Assembly (NCBI GenBank): GCA_020847895.1 | Contig: JADLBG010000642.1 | Span: 1 to 56,205, forward strand | Origin: Bryobacterales bacterium | GTDB lineage: Bacteria; Acidobacteriota; Terriglobia; Bryobacterales; Bryobacteraceae | Reading direction: 5' to 3' | DNA length: 56,205 bases | Shown here: piece by piece, positions 53,274 to 56,205 of the stretch | How the letters are laid out: every line of letters starts with the position of its first letter | How positions within the stretch are numbered: the first letter of the stretch is position 1 | Notes under the pieces: generated by a model | The model's database searches: none | The model's input: only the letters and a program-made list of their open reading frames with translations | Told to the model about the DNA's origin: nothing | Made by a program: the position numbers and the translations under genes

Positions 53274-54599
53274 ATGGCCAAAGATCTAGATCCGAAGAAC
53301 ACCGTCCCCGAGCTGCAAGTCGAGCGTAAGGCGACCGATATTTTCGTTGGAAACAAAGTTTTTCCCGAGGCTTCAGCCGTCTTCACATCGAGATCTCAGA
53401 CTCTAACCGAAGTTTTGAAGACGGCATGTATCGTCCTGGATACCAATGCTCTTCTCGTCCCATATGGCATCGGAGCACAAACGCTGGCGCAAGTTGAGGC
53501 CACCTACAAAGGTTTGTTGAATGAGAAGCGTCTCGTGATACCGGCGCAAGTGGCACGGGAGTTTGCTCGAAACCGCGTTACGAAGCTCTCGGAGCTTCAT
53601 CAACGGCTGTCCCGTCGACGGTCGCAATTGCAACCGTTTCAACAAGGGAATTATCCGCTGCTGGAGGCCGTACCGGAATACGAGAACCTCAGGGAAACTG
53701 AAGATCAACTTGACGCTTTGATCTCGAAGTACCGCCAACAGTTGGGTTCTGTGATCGACCATTTGGCAGCGTGGGAGTGGAATGATCCCGTCAGCGTTCT
53801 CTACAACCGGCTCTTTCCCGCTGAGGCTGTATTCGATACGTCGAAGCCCCTGGAAGACATTCGTCAGGAACATGTTCGACGATTCAGCAGTAAGATTCCA
53901 CCGGGTTATAAAGATAACGCTAAAGACGACGAAGGAATTGGCGACCTCCTGATTTGGATGACGATCCTTGAGGTAGGATCGCATCGAAAAACGAGTGTCA
54001 TTTTCGTTTCAGGTGAGGAGAAATCTGACTGGTGGCATCGAAGCGAAAACCAGCATCTCTACCCCAGATATGAACTTGTTGATGAATTTCGCCGGGCGTC
54101 TACCGGACATTCATTCCACATCATCAAGTTTTCTCGATTGCTGGAACTGTTCGGTGCTAGCACTACGGTAGTTGCGGAGATACGGAAGGAAGAAGAAATT
54201 GCTTCACCAGAAATCCCGTTGACGCGGCACAGCGCAGCGCACTTGCGCTCCATCGAAGCAGAACGTGCCGTAGCGTCTTGGCTGATGCAACTAGGTTTCG
54301 AGGTCTCACCGGCCACAAGTCCCTATCGATATGATTACGTCGTAGAAGGTAACGGGACAGTGTTTGCAGTAGACGTAATGTCCATACGCAACCCCTTGGT
54401 TCTCCAACAACGTTTTAAGGAACTAAGCCGAAGACAGCGAGAGGCGTCGGACCTTCCTCTTACCGTAGTTGCAGTTGGCGAGTCGGTGGACGACGTGCAT
54501 CGAGCTGAAACAGTTTGGTCTAAATTAGATCCACCGTTTCGACTATGCGCTGGTATTCTTACAGCTTCAGGCAGCTTCACCGCGCTGCGGCCGCTCTAA
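53274..54599 (+). CDS. PIN-like (DUF4935-type) domain protein with an extra C-terminal domain (possibly endonuclease-like)
   Basis: CIVLDTNALLVPYG...LVIPAQVAREFARNR...GIGDLLIWMTILE...VIFVSGEEKSDWW. The C-terminal about 120 aa (ERAVASWLMQLGFEV...YDYVVEG...FAVDVMS) is only weakly PD-(D/E)xK-like. Confidence 0.6.
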   Translation: MAKDLDPKNTVPELQVERKATDIFVGNKVFPEASAVFTSRSQTLTEVLKTACIVLDTNALLVPYGIGAQTLAQVEATYKGLLNEKRLVIPAQVAREFARNRVTKLSELHQRLSRRRSQLQPFQQGNYPLLEAVPEYENLRETEDQLDALISKYRQQLGSVIDHLAAWEWNDPVSVLYNRLFPAEAVFDTSKPLEDIRQEHVRRFSSKIPPGYKDNAKDDEGIGDLLIWMTILEVGSHRKTSVIFVSGEEKSDWWHRSENQHLYPRYELVDEFRRASTGHSFHIIKFSRLLELFGASTTVVAEIRKEEEIASPEIPLTRHSAAHLRSIEAERAVASWLMQLGFEVSPATSPYRYDYVVEGNGTVFAVDVMSIRNPLVLQQRFKELSRRQREASDLPLTVVAVGESVDDVHRAETVWSKLDPPFRLCAGILTASGSFTALRPL

Positions 54600-55277
54600 C
54601 GGGTTTGAGTCACCTGTACGAGTCGGTATTTTTCTCGCCGCTTCTATTTCTCCAGGCGCCACCAATTCGAATGGTCTGACCACGCGGCGTCGGACCCGAA
54701 TGCAGGACGAAGGGAGTTGCTCGAAGCTCGCGAGTGTCCTTCTGCGGTTCACTTCTCTCAGGACTCCGAAGAGCTGACTCCGCACTGGCGCATAAGGCTC
54801 GAAAGGCAATCGCCGGAACTGCTCTTCGAGCCACTCCTTCTGGCGGTGAATTGAAACATCCGAGAGGTAGGCCTTCAGTTCGCGATATTTCCGCTCTGCA
54901 ATCCGCACATGCGGATGGCCCGCGCGGTAGCTGATGGCATAGCCGCCGAATTTGATCGGCACTTCGCGGGCATCTCTTATGAATTCCCGTTCCTCTTCGA
55001 AGAACGAGTGACGGCCCGCCGTCGCGAGTAGGATGAAGTGGTGCTTGAAGCGGAGATATTGAATGTTCGCGAGTCCCGCGGCTTTCCGCCGCGCCCTTGT
55101 CGCTTTGCCAATCCCGAGGCCGTACTTCTCGATGAGCTTCGCATCGACAAGCAGCGGATCTTTCTTCTCAGGGATCTGCCCAGTGACGTAGAACCAGTAT
55201 CCGTGCCCGACATAGGCCACGGCGAGTTGCTGGACGAATCCGGCGACGGTCGTCGCCTCACAGCGATACTGCATCAC
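54567..55277 (-). CDS. conserved-looking hypothetical protein
   Basis: 236-aa ORF with coding-like composition (GYWFYVTGQIPEKKDP...). No motif recognised. Confidence 0.45.
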   Translation of the reverse strand: MMQYRCEATTVAGFVQQLAVAYVGHGYWFYVTGQIPEKKDPLLVDAKLIEKYGLGIGKATRARRKAAGLANIQYLRFKHHFILLATAGRHSFFEEEREFIRDAREVPIKFGGYAISYRAGHPHVRIAERKYRELKAYLSDVSIHRQKEWLEEQFRRLPFEPYAPVRSQLFGVLREVNRRRTLASFEQLPSSCIRVRRRVVRPFELVAPGEIEAARKIPTRTGDSNPLERPQRGEAA

Positions 55278-56205
55278 TCCTCACGCCCTTCCGCTATCAG
55301 CGGAGTGGGGGATTGTTTAGCGGCCAATCCCCCGAAGCCTCAATCCTTCTTTCCGCATATGCTGGCACTCGCGATGAACTTCATTCATCGCCGGATGACA
55401 ACACACGCGCTGGCAACCTCATTGCCCGCGCAACTCGCTTTTCCAAACCTTCGAAAAGCTCGCTATCAAAGAAGGCACGCGCATCGGAGCAGTGGTGCTC
55501 GCTCATGCTTCGCAAGCACCGCTCACACACCGATCCAGCGGCGAGGCCGCTAGCTCGCACGGAGCAGAAGCGCCTGCGGCGCTCTAGTTTCTTTAATAGT
55601 GGTTCCTCAAAGTATGGAGGTTCCGCTTGCGGAACCTCGCCACTTTTCGAGCTTCTCAGTTCCTCCTTTCGATCCTTTCGAAAAAACAAATACGAGCTGC
55701 ACGAGCGGCCTTGCCGCTCGTTGCCATTTGAAGCCCGCTCGCCAGAGCGAGCCTCAAATGACCACGTTCGTCCCTTCCCAGGGACGCATCACTGACAACC
55801 AGTAATGGACATTATCGATGTCCGGTTCTCCCCGTCCGTTCTTTCGTCGTCCCTCTTGATCGCTCGGTGCCACCCGAGCGAGGGAACGAGTCTGCCACTG
55901 CCTTGCAGCAGCCTCGCACGCGATCCCTTAAAAGACGGGACTGCGACTCCTACTTGAACGACTCTCCCAGTCCTCTGCGTTTCAATCACCTCGTTACCAA
56001 CGAGGCACCGCCGAACCACCGGCGGCTGCAAAGGACCTTCCCGGATTAGTGATGGTGTCTGCCGTGTCGTTGACGTTGCTAGCCCAAGTTCGTCACGGGG
56101 CGGTCGATTTTGACGATTTTGAGACTCCGGACAGGAGCAACTGCCGTGTTTGCAATCATGGCTTCTGAAAAACGCGATGTAGTGTAGACCTACCCTCTTG
56201 TGCCC

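Noticed and set aside
55300-56205. Competing ORFs at the right edge: 55313..55795 +, 55381..55689 -, 55789..56031 -, 55038..55553 +.
   Set aside because: They are mutually overlapping, carry no motifs and have ambiguous composition. I cannot decide which, if any, is coding. The minus-strand 102-aa ORF with several Cys is the most protein-like, but it is unsupported.

Overview
High-GC bacterial chromosomal window; the protein repertoire looks Acidobacteria-like, but that is only an impression. All calls rest on reading the ORF translations and the DNA by eye. No homology search, tRNA scan or fold prediction was run.

Layout:
- 1-18.1 kb, ordinary core: end of the ATP synthase operon (atpD 3' end, atpC); small redox and regulatory genes (Rrf2 regulator, ECF sigma factor, ferredoxin, rnk, DoxX, DUF302); a TetR-controlled HlyD / 2x ABC ATPase / 2x ABC-2 permease / TolC efflux operon.
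- 18.1-23.5 kb, accessory: a translationally coupled AAA-ATPase / PIN-like / RNA-ligase operon, followed by decayed genes.
- 23.5-41.7 kb, integrated tail-less phage-like element: primase-helicase, VapBC, terminase, portal, protease-capsid, decoration protein, Xis, Int. It is bounded by 47-nt direct repeats that equal the 3' half of a tRNA-Gly(CCC). It carries a 5.5 kb two-component / PD40 / cytochrome c peroxidase cargo inside its head module.
- 41.7-56.2 kb, a second, visibly more AT-rich element: a Ubl-E2-JAB-E1 (Bil-type) operon; a sigma-like / HTH-like / ImmA-UvrD-nuclease operon; a ParA / iteron / Rep-like module; a PIN-like protein.

No rRNA, complete tRNA or CRISPR array was seen.

Best candidates for new biology:
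- the ImmA-UvrD-nuclease operon next to the Bil-type operon;
- the ATPase-PIN-RNA ligase operon;
- the capsid-encoding, tail-less satellite-like island.
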